From the NCBI RefSeq assembly GCF_030684315.1, contig NC_081355.1, positions 25,259,316 through 25,323,315 of the forward strand: a stretch of 64,000 nucleotides of DNA. Direction: 5' to 3'. The notes under the pieces were generated by a model. It ran no database searches. It saw only the letters and a program-made list of their open reading frames with translations, and was not told the origin of the DNA. A program made the position numbers and the translations under genes. The stretch comes from Stegostoma tigrinum (lineage: Eukaryota). Each line of letters opens with the position of its first letter. Positions within the stretch are counted from its first letter, which is position 1. Positions 26,401 to 39,097 of the stretch are shown here, piece by piece.

Positions 26401-27054
26401 GAATATAAAATGTAAGTCAAAAACATAAATTGAAATTACATTAATTGAAAGAATAGGAGAGGCAGGTGAAAGTTCAAACTTGAGAAAGGCAAGCTTACTG
26501 ATTTGAGGAATTGAATGGTCACATGTGGAGGGATCAATGTCAGGACTTCTGGGGTTGATGTTGGAGGTAAATTGTGCAAATCATTTAAAAAAATTAAAAG
26601 CTGCAGATTTTTTTCCGGGTAGGTGTGCTGAGATCAGCTAAATTACTCAACAAAGAAATTGTGTGAAAGATTTCAATAGGCAATTGTCCAGTTACAAGTT
26701 GGAAATATTGAATATAACAAGAGAAATTCATTGTGGCAATGCCACTGATACATTTTACGTGCAAGCCGGTAAATACTAAGTCATGATGTAAGCTTCCCTT
26801 GAACTCCAGCAAGTGTGAAAGGGAAGCGGAGTATAAAAGATCTGCACGTGTGAAAAAGAAAAGTTTACAATAGAAGTACAAGAAATCTTTTAGCTTTTAT
26901 AGACAGAAGTAAAAAGTACAAAAGCATGAATGCTGAATCTTTAAAAATCACCAGCTAGACTAAATTTTTAGCATGTGGTAGGAACGATCTAGGAAGCACC
27001 CTTGAAGAGGATGTATGAAAGATTTATCAAAAAGATACAAGGGAAGAGGGACTG

Positions 27055-27285
27055 AGAGAGATAATGGGAACTGCAGATGCTGGAGAATCCAAGACAACAA
27101 AATGTGAGGCTGGATGAACACAGCAGGCCAAGCAGCATCCCAGGAGCACAAAAGCTGACGCCTCGGGCCTAGACCCTTCATCAGAGAGCCTCTCTGATGA
27201 AGGGTCTAGGCCCGAGGCGTCAGCTTTTGTGCTCCTGGGATGCTGCTTGGCCTGCTGTGTTCATCCAGCCTCACATTTTGTTGTC
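27055..27285. mobile_element. Non-autonomous PLE fold-back element with mirrored A-to-G changes
   Basis: Perfect inverted arms centred at about 27189; exact TSD AGGGAAGAGGGACTG at 27040-27054 and 27286-27300. Confidence 0.95.
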
Positions 27286-28362
27286 AGGGAAGAGGGACTG
27301 GTTGGTTTTCATTTAAGGAGAGTTAGTGAGCTTCGGAGCTAACCAATGTACAAAACATCCCTTAATATACAATAATTCCCTGAATTGTTTAATGAATCTG
27401 TTTCTGCTCTTTGTTTTCTATCTATCAGTAAATATGCATAAATTGTAAGAATGCACTGCCCTGGCATTCACATTATGTTTACTTCTTTGTAGCAATTAAG
27501 GAAAACTGAACAAAAATATTCAGGATTTAGTTGATTTATAAATGATGATAATTGTAGATAATTGTGTTTGGTATTAAAGCATTAGATCAAGCCAGCAGAG
27601 CTTCGAAGGAATGAACAGAGTAGAAGATGATGTGTGAAACCAATCAGAGAGGATTCTTGTGGCAAACACAACATTGTAACTGTAATGACAGATCCTTTTG
27701 TTAGACGATGAATTGGCAGGAGCAAGAGGACATCACAGTCACAGGGTGCTGCTGAAATTTATTGGAACGATACCAAGGATGATGGGTTTCAATTGTGCAG
27801 AGAGTCAAAAGCTGATGAGTTTGTTCTTGTTAGAACAGAGAAATTAAAATAGAGATTTTACAGGAATCTTCACAATGTGTTTTGATAGAATGATGAAATC
27901 AAAACTATTTTCATTGATAGGATGCTCAATAACTATAAAAACACAGAATTAACGCTATTGGTTCAAGAACCAGAGGAAAGTGAGAAACATTCTTCTTTTA
28001 GACAATGAGTTATTGTGATCTGAAGTGCAATGCAGATGGAATCAGATTCATCAGTAATTTCAAGAAAAGGATGATCAAATTCATTATATTTTACTGTATA
28101 CTTCAAAATGAAAAAGAAAGTAGGAATGTGAGGAAAGAATAAACATGTCTTACCAATTACATAATTCCCATGTTGTCAACTTTTACTGTTACACAATTTG
28201 GCTTTGTAGCTGGATAAGTTTTAGAAGGGTGCTGAAAGTTGTTGGGCAGCTGTTCCTGATGACTTCCAGCGTGTCCAAGGCTGACCATTATGTAGTGAAG
28301 GATAATATTTTGGGCATGTCTTGTACGTGCTGGAAACATGTACACTGGCCAGATCATAATGT

Positions 28363-28451
28363 CATAGAACATAGAACAGTACAGCACAGAACAGGCCCTT
28401 CTGCCCACAATGTTGTGCCGACCATTGATCCTCATGTATGCACCCTCAAAT
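28363..28451 (-). mobile_element. Very short young CR1 3' end
   Basis: Near-identical reverse complement of the 3' UTR starting at about 40583; flanked by AATGTCA repeats. Confidence 0.85.
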
Positions 28452-28549
28452 GTCAGTGGATGAAATGCAGATTCTATCCATTAGATCACATCAATCACTT
28501 TAATGCTCACAGCATTTCTTAAACCTGTATACCTGACTGGAGTTACTTA

Positions 28550-28780
28550 TAGAGTCACAGCAAGGAAATAGACCTTTCAGTCCAACTCATCCAAGTTGAC
28601 CAGATATCCTAAATTAATCTAATACCATTTGCCAGCATTCACCTATATCCCTCTAAAGCCTTCCTATTCACATACCCGTCCAGATGCCTTTTAAATGTTA
28701 TAGTTGAACCATCTCTACCACTTCCTATGGCAGCTCATTCCATTCACACATCACCCTCTGTGTGAAACAAGTTGCCTCAA
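28550..28780 (-). mobile_element. CR1 3' fragment
   Basis: Same family as 5855-6010; reverse strand encodes FHTEGDV/QRV-type end of ORF2. Confidence 0.7.
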
Positions 28781-28939
28781 ATTGTCATTTCAATCAAAAT
28801 GGAGTGGTGCTGGAACTTTGAAAGGACTTACATGATTTGGAAAGACTTCTAATAGCAAATTGCATGCAGTCAAGGGTGCTATTGATGTAGTTACCTTTAG
28901 ACTGAAGAATAAAAACTGGAGCAGAAAGGAGAAACTATT

Positions 28940-29690
28940 CAAGGATGCAAAAGGGGGCCTCTTCTCAGAAGGAGACCACACTCACTTAGCAATCTGAGAG
29001 AAGACTTTGCCATCTTAACCTCAGCCAGGAACAATGCCTATGATGGTTGCTTTCCACCAAAAAGATGGTCATAGATGAGATACTTGAGCAACATGTATCT
29101 TCTCCAAGCAAGACAAGGGTGATACTGCCAGTGGCTGGCAAAGTCATCATGACTTTCACTTTCAACCATCACTATTGTCCCCAGGTTGGTGCCAGAAGCG
29201 TTATCAATGGAATGCTTCTGCGAAATCTCTGAGGCCTCGTGTGTCAGAAAAGGGGACATCACTGTTTTTTCTCTATGCAGAGAAGGGGAGTTAGTTGGGG
29301 TCTTCCCCATTGAGTTGGCAGCCAACCTTCCACGACACTGGGGTAATGCATCTACACGGGGAGACAAACCAGGACCAGAAGGGCTTCCATTCCCTGATAA
29401 TGAGGTTGATGTGTGACTACGCATTCTAGTAGTGGCAACAATACTTTCATCTTCGAGTAATGATACCAGCACCCATTTCTAGCTACCCCACACATGCTTG
29501 CTAGCCCAGTAAACTCCTTGCATATTGACAGTGTATCTACAATGACAACCATGGTGTAACTAGAAACATTGTGCAGTTCACTGATAGAGGACCATTTTGG
29601 AGCCCTTCATGGCATATTATCTGATTTACCCATGTTCTGTTCTGTACTGCAGAACATTGCCATCACGAGGTTGGCACCAGGGCATCAGTG
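28940..29690 (+). pseudogene. Harbinger/PIF DDE transposase (HARBI1-like) remnant
   Basis: Collinear motifs LPVAGKVIMTFTF (about 29124), KGFHSLIMRLMCD (about 29379) and CSVLQNIAITR (about 29638); deletions and frameshifts. Confidence 0.75.
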
Positions 29691-31039
29691 ACCATCTCTG
29701 GGAAAGAAGAAAAAGAACAGGAGGCATTCAGAACAACAGCAACTGAGATGTGTTGTCCATAATCATCTAATAAGACTTATGTTCCTGTATGAAAAGGATT
29801 TCCATTGTTGCTTCACATTTCCCCATCCTTATGTTGCAAATCATTTCAGCATTGTCTGTCTTAAAACTCTGATATAAAACTACAAAAAAACACAAAACAA
29901 CCATTCCGCGTCAATTTTGTACCAGCAGCATTTCTAATAATACAAACAATGCTCAAGTATTTACCCTTGTACTTTTCTCTTTCTAGAAGTGCATTTGCCT
30001 GGCTTGATGCTCTTATGCAGTGCTAGACTAGGACTGTAGCACGGCTGCTTTTTCTCTTTATCAGGAAGACTACTTTTGGCCTTGAAGGATGGTTTTGAAC
30101 CACTCTGAGCCCTGAGGAAGAATATTTGAAATACAGTATCTCTGCTTGGGTGACAGCAGTCTGGGCTGGTCTGCAACAGAAGGGACAGTGGTGGAATAGC
30201 TGTGAATGCTGTCACAGAGAGAGAGGACACTAGGTTCTTGCATCATGGAGACTGTGTCACTTCCCTGGGCAGCTAGATCGAGTAATCTGCTAAAGCACAG
30301 ATTGAGTGCAGTTAAGTCTCCTCTAGCTTTTTAAAACACAAAGGCAATAAGCTAGGTTTGCATGGATCTCATGATCTTACTCTGAGCTTGGCCCACTATA
30401 GTCTTCAGATGTTCGGTTGATTCTACATGTCCTGAAATGGAATCTGAGATGCTGGCCATCTGATGGTTTGTGACGCCTTGACCTTTGAACATTCTCTTGG
30501 AGTTAGCTATCATTAGAATCAGAGAATAGTTGGACAGCACAGAAGGAGGACCATTTGACTTGTTGTATCTGTGCCATGTTTCCACAGCAATTCTGGGTGG
30601 ATGGACACCCATCTCTGCACTTTCAATTTCCTTTCAATAATCAAGAAACTCAACAGCGTAAAAAGTCAACTGATAAAACATAGTCAAACTAGTAAGTATC
30701 CATTATGGCCCATGGAATGGCTGTATCATCCATCAAGCTTCTCTCCACATGCAAACACTTCTTCCACAGAAGGTCCCTCCATGGTCAATGGCTACACTCT
30801 TCTTGAGGTCACCACTCAAGCAACTTGGCATCAGCAAAGCATCAGCCTCAAAATAATATCATGCTTGCTCTTTGCTCAGCTCAGGCAACATTTCAGGTCT
30901 CGAAATATGTATTTTAGAAGCTGAGGGACAGTTAGGAGTTGAGTTTCTGGAAGATCCATTTTTGCTGATAGTAATGCATCTTACATTTCTTTACAGGCTT
31001 TTTAACACTGACATAGAACCAGGCATCGTCTGGGTCTTT

Positions 31040-31937
31040 AATACAGTGTGAAGCTGGAGTACCACCACAGGCCAGGCAGCATCAGAGGAGCAGGAAGGTT
31101 GACGTTTCGGGTCTGGACCTTCTTCAGATATGGGGAGGGGAAAGGGAGCTCTGAAATAAGTAGAGAGAGGATGGGTGGGGCTGGAGAAACTAGGTGGGAT
31201 GGCAATAGGTGAGTGCAGGTAGGCAGTGATGGGGATTGGTCAGTGAAGTGAGCGGAGCGGATAGGTGCTAGAGAAGACGGACAGGTTAAGGAAATGGGGA
31301 TGAGAGGGAGGTAAATAGGAGAGAAGACGCACAGGTCAAGGAGGCGGAGATGAGAGGGAGGCTTGGTCATGGGATGAGGCTGGGCTGGGGAGATTTTGAA
31401 TCTAATAAAAGCCACACTGAGACCATTGGACTGTAGGTTCCCCAGGTGGAATATAAGGTGCTGCTTCTTCAGTTTCCGGGTGGCGTCGTTGTGACACTGG
31501 AGGAGGCCCAGAATGGACATGTCATTCAGGGAGCGGGAGGGGGAATGGAAGTGGTTTGCGACTGGATGGTGTTGTCGTTTGTTGCGAACTGAGCGCAGGT
31601 GCTCTACAAAGCAGTCTCTGAGCCTCTGCTTGGTCTCAGTGATGTAGAGATCCCATCCTTGACCTGTCCATCTTCTCTCCCACCTATCTGCACCTCCAAC
31701 CTCACTGACCAATCCCCACCATTCCTACCTGCACTCACCCATCACCATCCCACCTACCTTCCCCAGCCCCACCCCTCCTCTCCATTTATTTCATAACTCC
31801 TTTCCCCCTCCCTCATTTCGGAAGAAGGCACCTGAACCTAAATGTCAACATCCCTGCCCCTCTGATGCTGCCTGGCCTGTTGTGTTCCTCCAGCTGCACA
31901 CTGTATTACCTCTGACTCAAGCATCAGTAGTTCTTAC
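31040..31937 (-). mobile_element. Older PLE copy with inversion (GIY-YIG fragment and two opposed terminal repeats)
   Basis: Minus strand LYITETKQRLRDCFVEHLRSV...PVANHF; inversion junction at about 31650; TSD CATC(G/T)TCTGGGTCTTT at 31024-31039 and 31938-31953. Confidence 0.9.
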
Positions 31938-32050
31938 CATCTTCTGGGTCTTTGCTGTTTTTAGTGCACAGGATTTTTAGCACTACTTTACTGGTAGGCG
32001 GCTTCTGCATTTTAGCATCCTTTTTAGTTCAGAAAAGCAATGAATCTTTG

Positions 32051-32390
32051 GGGAGGAGATGGTCAAGTGGTATTATTGCTGGACTGTTAATCCCGAGACC
32101 CAGATAATGTCTTGGGGATCTGGGTTTGAATCCCACCATGGCAGATGGTGGAATTTGAATTCAAACTCAATTTTTAAAAAAAATCTAGAATTAAGAGTCT
32201 AACGATGACCATGAAGCAATTGTCAGGAAAAGCCCATCTGGCTCACTGATGTCCTTTAGGGTAGGAAACAGCCATCCTCACCTGATCTGCCCTGCATGTA
32301 GCTCCAAACGCACAATGTGGTTGACTCTTAACTGCCCTCTGGGCAATAAATACTGGTCTAGCCAGTAAAGCCCTCAGACTATGAGTGAAC
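32051..32390 (+). mobile_element. tRNA-derived SINE with CR1-like 3' tail
   Basis: A/B-box-like TGGTCAAGTGG and GGTTTGAATCCC; tail GGGCAATAAATACTGG shared with the second CR1-clade family. Confidence 0.75.
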
Positions 32391-32653
32391 ATAGAAAAGT
32401 CCTTTAGGACTGCTTTTGAGCACAAGGTCTTTTGTTATGCTTGACAGGCAGGCAGTCTCTGTGCCTTCGTTTGTGTTTTTTTCAGCATAGAAAGAGGGAC
32501 AGGGAGCTTGTGGTGGCGGTGAGCACTGCAGTGTAAATGTGACAGTGACAGGGGATGTTTACAGGTGGTAAGATGGGACTTCATGGCTAAAAGGACGGAA
32601 TTGGGAGCTCTTCCAGATGTGGTAAAAGTCAAGCAGGCCCTGGTTACTCTGGT

Positions 32654-32788
32654 ATAACAAAGTGTGGAGCTGGATGAACACAGCAGGCTAAGCAGCATCT
32701 TAGGAGCACAATGTTGCTTGGCCTGCTGTGTTCATCCAGCTCCACAATTTGTTATCCCGGATTCTAAAGCATTTGCAGTTCCCGTTAT
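32654..32788. mobile_element. Non-autonomous PLE fold-back element lacking the hammerhead
   Basis: Inverted arms; TSD CCCTGGTTACTCTGGT at 32638-32653 and 32789-32804. Confidence 0.9.
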
Positions 32789-34003
32789 CCCTGGTTACTC
32801 TGGTCTCTAGATGGGAGAGTTGTAGTGATAGCAAGGTCTTAGAAACCTCCAGGGTAATGGACCTCGGGGAAGAGCATGCATTTAATACTGATGTGAACTG
32901 AGATAAGGGAAGCAGAAGAATCATCAAAGTCATCAGGACCTCAAAACAAAAAAAGGGAATGTGAAGGAGAGTGAAGTTAGTGGGTTACAATTGGAGCCTG
33001 CAATGAACACTCATTAACAAAAGGTTGGAACCTCAACTTTTCAGATCAAACGTCAATTGCAGAATGCGTTAACAAAATAGTTGGGGCCACATGTAAAATG
33101 CAAGGACTAAGTTTACTTTGTGGGGGTAGAATTAGCAACATTCTTTTTGAGCCCTGAAAAAAACAGTTGCAGTAATCATGCCTTTACTGATTGAGGAGTG
33201 CTACCCATTGGCCTTCTGATCTCACTCCATAAAATCGCTTCAGAATCATACAGTCCCAACAGTGTGGAAACAGACTATTTGTCCCAATACGCCCACAATG
33301 AAAACCATTATCACTGTGACATGAAGAGTCCACCTTCACTCAAGCTCCAGTACTCCAAGGGACAACACATAATCCGTTGATATATTTTCCAGTTATGAAG
33401 ATGTGCAACTAAATTCTGTACCTATATTAAACAACAAAATCCATCAACTATGTTGTTTTAATAAACACATTTTTGGTTTACTATCAACGCAAAACATATT
33501 CCATAAGGATGTAATAATTGGTTAACAAGCAGAGTCAGCAACATAGAAACACAAATGTCTAGTCCTCTAAAAATCCCTAAAATATACATGCAAACAAACA
33601 CATACTTCAGGAAAAGATAAAACAAAAATTCGCTGTAGCAATTGGCATTCTGACGAAAATTTGACCAATGGGTTATTCTTGAAAGCAAGGAGATCAGCAT
33701 AAAATGCTCCAGAATCTTTCACTTTGATGTTCTGTTTGGTGTGATCTAGTCACAAGTCATGCACAATTGTCTTTGAAGTTTTGCAGCCACGGCTTGCTAA
33801 GGAAATACAGTATTGATGTTTCTTCAATTACTCTTTCAAGAGTATAAATAAGCTTCACCCTGAACTCAACAAAAGGATTTTCTTTTCAGAAATGAGTGAT
33901 CAACCGGGCAGCTTGTTTTTAGCATGCTTTTCTATAAAACATCTTATTCTAGCCATGTTTTTCTCCAGGTCAGCTAAACAAAACAAGCCCCTTTCCCAGC
34001 TAA

Positions 34004-34219
34004 CAAAGTGTGGAGCTGGATGAACACAGCAGGCCAAGCAGCATCTTAGGAGCACAAAAGCTGATGTTTCGGGCCGAGACCCTTCATCCGAAAAGCTTTA
34101 CCCAAAACATCAGCTTTTGTGCTCCTGAGATGCTGCTTGGCCTGCTGTGTTCATCCAGCTCCGCACTTTGTTATCTCGGACTCTCCAGCATCTGCAGTTC
34201 CCATTATCTCTGATACAAT
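34004..34219. mobile_element. Non-autonomous PLE fold-back element
   Basis: Inverted arms, right arm with extended tail (...ATCTCTGATACAAT); TSD CCCCTTTCC(C/A)AGCTAA at 33988-34003 and 34220-34235. Confidence 0.9.
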
Positions 34220-34994
34220 CCCCTTTCCAAGCTAATCACTTTTCAAACCTGCCCCAACAAGAGGCCTACTACAAAGCAAGCTGTTAACACTAGTCAAGTT
34301 ATTAGTAGGAAGCCTTGTTAAAAGAAGTACCACAGGTATCTCCACAAAACTTGAAATAAGTCAATTTGCCACAATTTTTAATCCTTAAGTCCTCAATGCA
34401 ATATTAATCTTTGTAACACTTGTACCTGTGGAGAAATAAAAGACCACTTTTAAACTTGTCTCGGGGTAAAATATGAACACAGCAAAAATACTTTTAAAAA
34501 TACTCATTCACAATCATTTTCATACTCTCTGTACATGTAACCTATACAAGTATCTCTGATAACTACTTAGTATGTCGACAATTCAAGCAAGGTTACATAG
34601 TTGACAAAACATCCATGATGACATTGTTCACCTGGTGGGAAAACAAATTTTATTAGATATTGCTGTAATAGAAATGCCCACCAAAACGGTGTGGCATTTT
34701 TGCTTTTAAAATTTTCACACACAAAGGCTGATGGGGTTCTGATGAAGAGTCACTGAACTTAAACTGTTACTTTTGCTTTCTCCTCACAAGCATTATTAGT
34801 TCTTATAAATAATTAGACCATTGCTCATGTAATTAGATATAAACCATTGCCACACATTGCTGCTAAGTAAAACTCTAATCCCCTACGTACAAATAGAGAA
34901 AATAGGGTATTGACAAAGGTATAAAAGAACTGCAAAGTCAATTCAGTAACTTTTGCTTCCCAGTTCTGATGTTAATATGATCCTGTCTCACCTA

Positions 34995-36185
34995 GCTTGG
35001 TTGATTGGTTTATTATCACATGTACCAAAATATGGTGGAGAGCTTCGTTTACGAGTGATACGGGTAGATCATAGTAAAGGTGTACAGATCAAAAAGACTT
35101 ATTCAGAGGCATACAGGTTACATTGCACAGGGTGTGCGCTTGGTGAGATCAATATTAGCAAGATCAATGTGATTTGAGGCTAGAGAGTCCATTCATCAGT
35201 CTGATAATGGCTGGGAAGAAGCTGTTCCTGAACCTGCTCATGCGTGTGTTCAGGCTTCTGTATCTTCTGCCTATGGAATAGGTTGTAGGAGATCATTACT
35301 GGGGTGTGATGGATCTTTGATGATGATGGTAGCTTTTCCACAGCAGCGAGAAGTGTAAATGGAGTCCATGGATAGAAGGTTGGCTTCTGTGACGGTCTGG
35401 GCTTTGCACGCTACCTCCTATAGTTCCTCACAGACCTGGGCAGAGCAGTCACGGTACCAGGCCATTACTGGACAGTATGTTTTCAATGGTGCATCTGTAG
35501 AAGTTGGTGAGGAACCTATTTGATGGGTCAAACTTCCCGAGCTGCCTGAGGAAGGAGAGACGTTGTTGTGCCTTCTTGACTGTTGCTGCGGGGAAGTCCT
35601 GAACAGGTTGTCAGTTGCCATCACTCCAAGGAACTTGATGTTTTTCACCCTCTCGACCTCAGTTCCATTGATGTAGATGGGGGCGTGTTCACCTTTTTTC
35701 TGAAGTTGATGATCTGTTCTTTAGTTTTGCTAATGTTGAGAGACAGATTGTTTTTATTGCACCACGTCACCAAGCCTTCTGTCTCCCTTCTGTGTTTTGA
35801 CTTGTCATTGTTAGATATCCATCCCTTTATGGTGGTGTTGTCAGTGAACTTGTAGATGCCGTTCATTTGGAATTTGGAAACACAGTTGTAGATGTTCAGG
35901 GAGTACAGCACAGGGCTGAGGATACATCCTTGGAAGACACCCAGTATTGAAAGTTATTGTGGAGGAGGCGCAGTTACCTATCCTCATTGATTGTCGTCTG
36001 TGGGTCAGAAAGCTAAGGATCCAGTTGCAGAGGTCAGAGCTGAGACCAAGGTCACAGAGTTTTGAGATCAGTCTGGAGGGGATAATAGTGTTGAAAGCAG
36101 CGTTGTAGTCAATGAACAGGAGTCTGAAATAGGTGTCCAGATGTTCCAGGGATGAGTGCAGGGTTAGGGATTTGGCATCCTCTGT
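34995..36185 (-). mobile_element. Rex1/Babar LINE 3' fragment
   Basis: [10 protein letters not shown]...[18 protein letters not shown]...WCNKNNLSLNISKTKEQIINFRK is typical of Rex-Babar RT; tail AATAAACCAATCAACCAA. Confidence 0.85.
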
Positions 36186-36844
36186 ACTAGCCCTTGATGT
36201 TCAGTTGTCCATCTATGGAAGCTTTCATTTGTTTCTAAGAAGTACAGAACAACTGATCCATTTGAAAAATGTCACTGCTGTATCAATTCAAAAGTTACAG
36301 CTTTCAGCAACTACTGCAGGAGAGGTAATTGATTTTCTTCAAGTTGAAAGTATTTTTATTGCATAGAACAGCCAGCTTCTGCTGGAGGGAAAAACAATAC
36401 ACATCTTTGTGACTCTGTCTCTTTGAACCTGCCTCTATAATTTTCGCCTTGTTGAAACTTGCTCAATTAGCTGAAAACCAGTTAGTTTCATTTGTAAATC
36501 ACTCCTTGCTCCTAACTTTTTGTTCATTGAAGGAACCAATAGCCGCAAAAATTTTAGGTTCAATAGGCATCATATTCCTCACTTTGAAAATATGTCACTA
36601 TCATGGCAAAACCTTGTTTCTTAGACAGTTATTTTTCCTTACATTCCACAGATTTAAAGACACAAAAACAAAAACACACAGTTCTTACATGTCTCCATCC
36701 TCAAGGGAAAAGAAACGCCATTTCAAAAATGTGTTTTATTATAAACATTTAAAGCACTACCTCGATACATGATTTTCATCCAATAATTCTTTCTCCCCCT
36801 CTTTTATACAAACTTAAACAGTCTTAGAATTTTGAAAATTTTAA

Positions 36845-37190
36845 CCAATCTAACATTTTACACTTGGGCTAATGCATCCACAATATTATCTTTTCCATTA
36901 ATATGAACACTTTTTATGTTTAATAGTTGAAAGCAAAGGGCCTCATGAATAATCTTGCAACCAATTTGGGAAGTTTTCAATGAAAGCTTTGATTATGATC
37001 AGTGTGTCTTAACATTTTCTTGTTTCCATGTTCGATATAGACCGCAAAGTGCTGAAGAGCTAACAACAATCCCAAAGCCTATTTTGCTATTGTGAAAAAC
37101 TTCTTTGGATACTGTTTCTTAGAGAAGCACCCCATTAACTTCTCTTCCGGACTCATCATTATGTGACAAGACTGCACCCACCTTGGGAAT
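36845..37190 (-). pseudogene. Gypsy RNase H domain remnant (end of pol)
   Basis: Minus strand VGAVL..., ALGLLLALQHFAVYIEHG, HTDHN and GKDNIVDALA. Confidence 0.8.
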
Positions 37191-37571
37191 TGTCTAAGTC
37201 TGCTTCTGCCTCATCGTCATTATCTCTTTCATCCTCCACTGTCCTTACCATGCAACAAACATGCACTTCCTTATCATCCTCCTTATTGTATTCATGCTTC
37301 AATGTATTGAAGTAACATTCAATTCTTCTTCCCATGATCTGGGCATCAATTAGATAATTTTGATAATATACATTACTAATTATTTTGGCTGTCATATGTT
37401 GACCACTGAGCTGTGCCTTTCATGCTTTACCTTGTAAAGATAATAATACGAACACTTCATCCCCAGTTTGACATGTTTGGGATTTGGTATTTTTGTTAGC
37501 CCGTTGTTTCACAATTGTTTGTGGTGCCCTTAGGTGTTCTTGAGATATTTTGCAGGCTCCTGTGAGTAGCA

Positions 37572-37862
37572 GTCAGAACACAGATGCCTTCTTCACTATC
37601 CTATCTACCTGTGACTCCACTTTTGAGGAACTATGAACCTGCACTCTCAGCCCTCTTTGTTCAGCAACACTCTCCAGGACCTTACCGTTAAGTCCTGTCT
37701 TGATTTGCCTTTCCAAAATGCAGCACCTCACATTTATCCAAATTAAATTCCACCTGCCAGCCTTCGGCCCATTGGCCCATCTGATCAAGATCCTGTTGTA
37801 TTCTGAGGTAACCCTCTTGGCTGACCAGTACGCCTCCAATTTTGCTGTTATTTGCAAACTTG
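37572..37862 (-). mobile_element. CR1 internal fragment
   Basis: GKVLESVAEQRGLRVQVHSSSKVESQVDRIVKKA. Confidence 0.8.
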
Positions 37863-38079
37863 CAATTGCTCTGTCTCTTTCAAATCACCGAGCCTTTCTG
37901 TGAATACCAGAGAAGCTACAAGTTTTGCTCTTCCAAATCATTCTCGAGGGCTAAATCAACTATTCCTATAAGCTCGTAGAGAGAGATAATGGGAACTGCA
38001 GATGCTGGAGATTCCAAGATAATAAAATGTGAGGCTGGATGAACACAGCAGGCCAAGCAGCATCTCAGGAGCACAAAAG

Positions 38080-38111
38080 CTGACGTTTCGGGCCTAGACC
38101 CTTCATCAGAG
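38080..38111 (-). ncRNA. Minimal hammerhead ribozyme motif
   Basis: Reverse complement CTCTGATGAAGGGTCTAGGCCCGAAACGTCAG; intact core. Confidence 0.75.
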
Positions 38112-38277
38112 AGGGGGATGGGGGGAGGGAACTGGAATAAATAGGGAGAGAGGGGGAGGCGGACCGAAGATGGAGAGCAAAGAAGATAGGTGGAGAGGGT
38201 GTAGGTGGGGAGGTAGGGAGGAGATAGGTCAGTCCAGGGAAGACGGACAGGTCAAGGAGGTGGGATGAGGTTAGTAC

Positions 38278-39096
38278 GCCCTTGACCGCGTCTCCCGCAT
38301 TTCCCGCGACACATCCCTCACACCCCGCCCCCGCCACAACCGCCCCAAGAGGATCCCCCTCGTTCTCACACACCACCCTACCAACCTCCGGATACAACGC
38401 ATTATCCTCCGACACTTCCGCCATTTACAATCCGACCCCACCACCCAAGACATTTTTCCATCCCCACCCCTGTCTGCTTTCCGGAGAGACCACTCTCTCC
38501 GTGACTCCCTTGTTCGCTCCACACTGCCCTCCAACCCCACCACACCCGGCACCTTCCCCTGCAACCGCAGGAAATGCTACACTTGTCCCCACACCTCCTC
38601 CCTCACCCCCATCCCAGGCCCCAAGATGACATTCCACATTAAGCAGAGGTTCACCTGCACATCTGCCAATGTGGTATACTGCATCCACTGTACCCGGTGC
38701 GGCTTTCTCTACATTGGGGAAACCAAGCGGAGGCTTGGGGACCGCTTTGCAGAACACCTCCGCTCAGTTCGCAACAAACAACTGCACCTCCCAGTCGCAA
38801 ACCATTTCCACTCCCCCTCCCATTCTCTTGATGACATGTCCATCATGGGCCTCCTGCACTGCCACAATGATGCCACCCGAAGGTTGCAGGAACAGCAACT
38901 CATATTCCGCCTGGGAACCCTGCAGCCATATGGTATCAATGTGGACTTCACCAGTTTCAAAATCTCCCCTTCCCCCACTGCATCCCTAAACCAGCCCAGT
39001 TCATCCCCTCCCCCCACTGCACCACACAACCAGCCCAGCTCTTCCCCCCCACCCACTGCATCCCAAAACCAGTCCAACCTGTCTCTGCCTCCCTAA
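38278..39096 (+). CDS. PLE ORF C-terminus, 5'-truncated: Cys linker and GIY-YIG endonuclease
   Basis: Open frame with CNRRKCYTCPH and NVVYCIHCTRCGFLYIGETKRRLGDRFAEH; matches the 43794-44765 copy. Confidence 0.9.
   Translation, partial: ALDRVSRISRDTSLTPRPRHNRPKRIPLVLTHHPTNLRIQRIILRHFRHLQSDPTTQDIFPSPPLSAFRRDHSLRDSLVRSTLPSNPTTPGTFPCNRRKCYTCPHTSSLTPIPGPKMTFHIKQRFTCTSANVVYCIHCTRCGFLYIGETKRRLGDRFAEHLRSVRNKQLHLPVANHFHSPSHSLDDMSIMGLLHCHNDATRRLQEQQLIFRLGTLQPYGINVDFTSFKISPSPTASLNQPSSSPPPTAPHNQPSSSPPPTASQNQSNLSLPP
38966..39080 (+). repeat. Three imperfect ~39-bp tandem units at the PLE ORF end
   Basis: CCCACTGCA..AACCAGCCCAG repeated, encoding PTASLNQPSSS / PTAPHNQPSSS / PTASQNQSN. Confidence 0.8.
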
Positions 39097-39097
39097 C

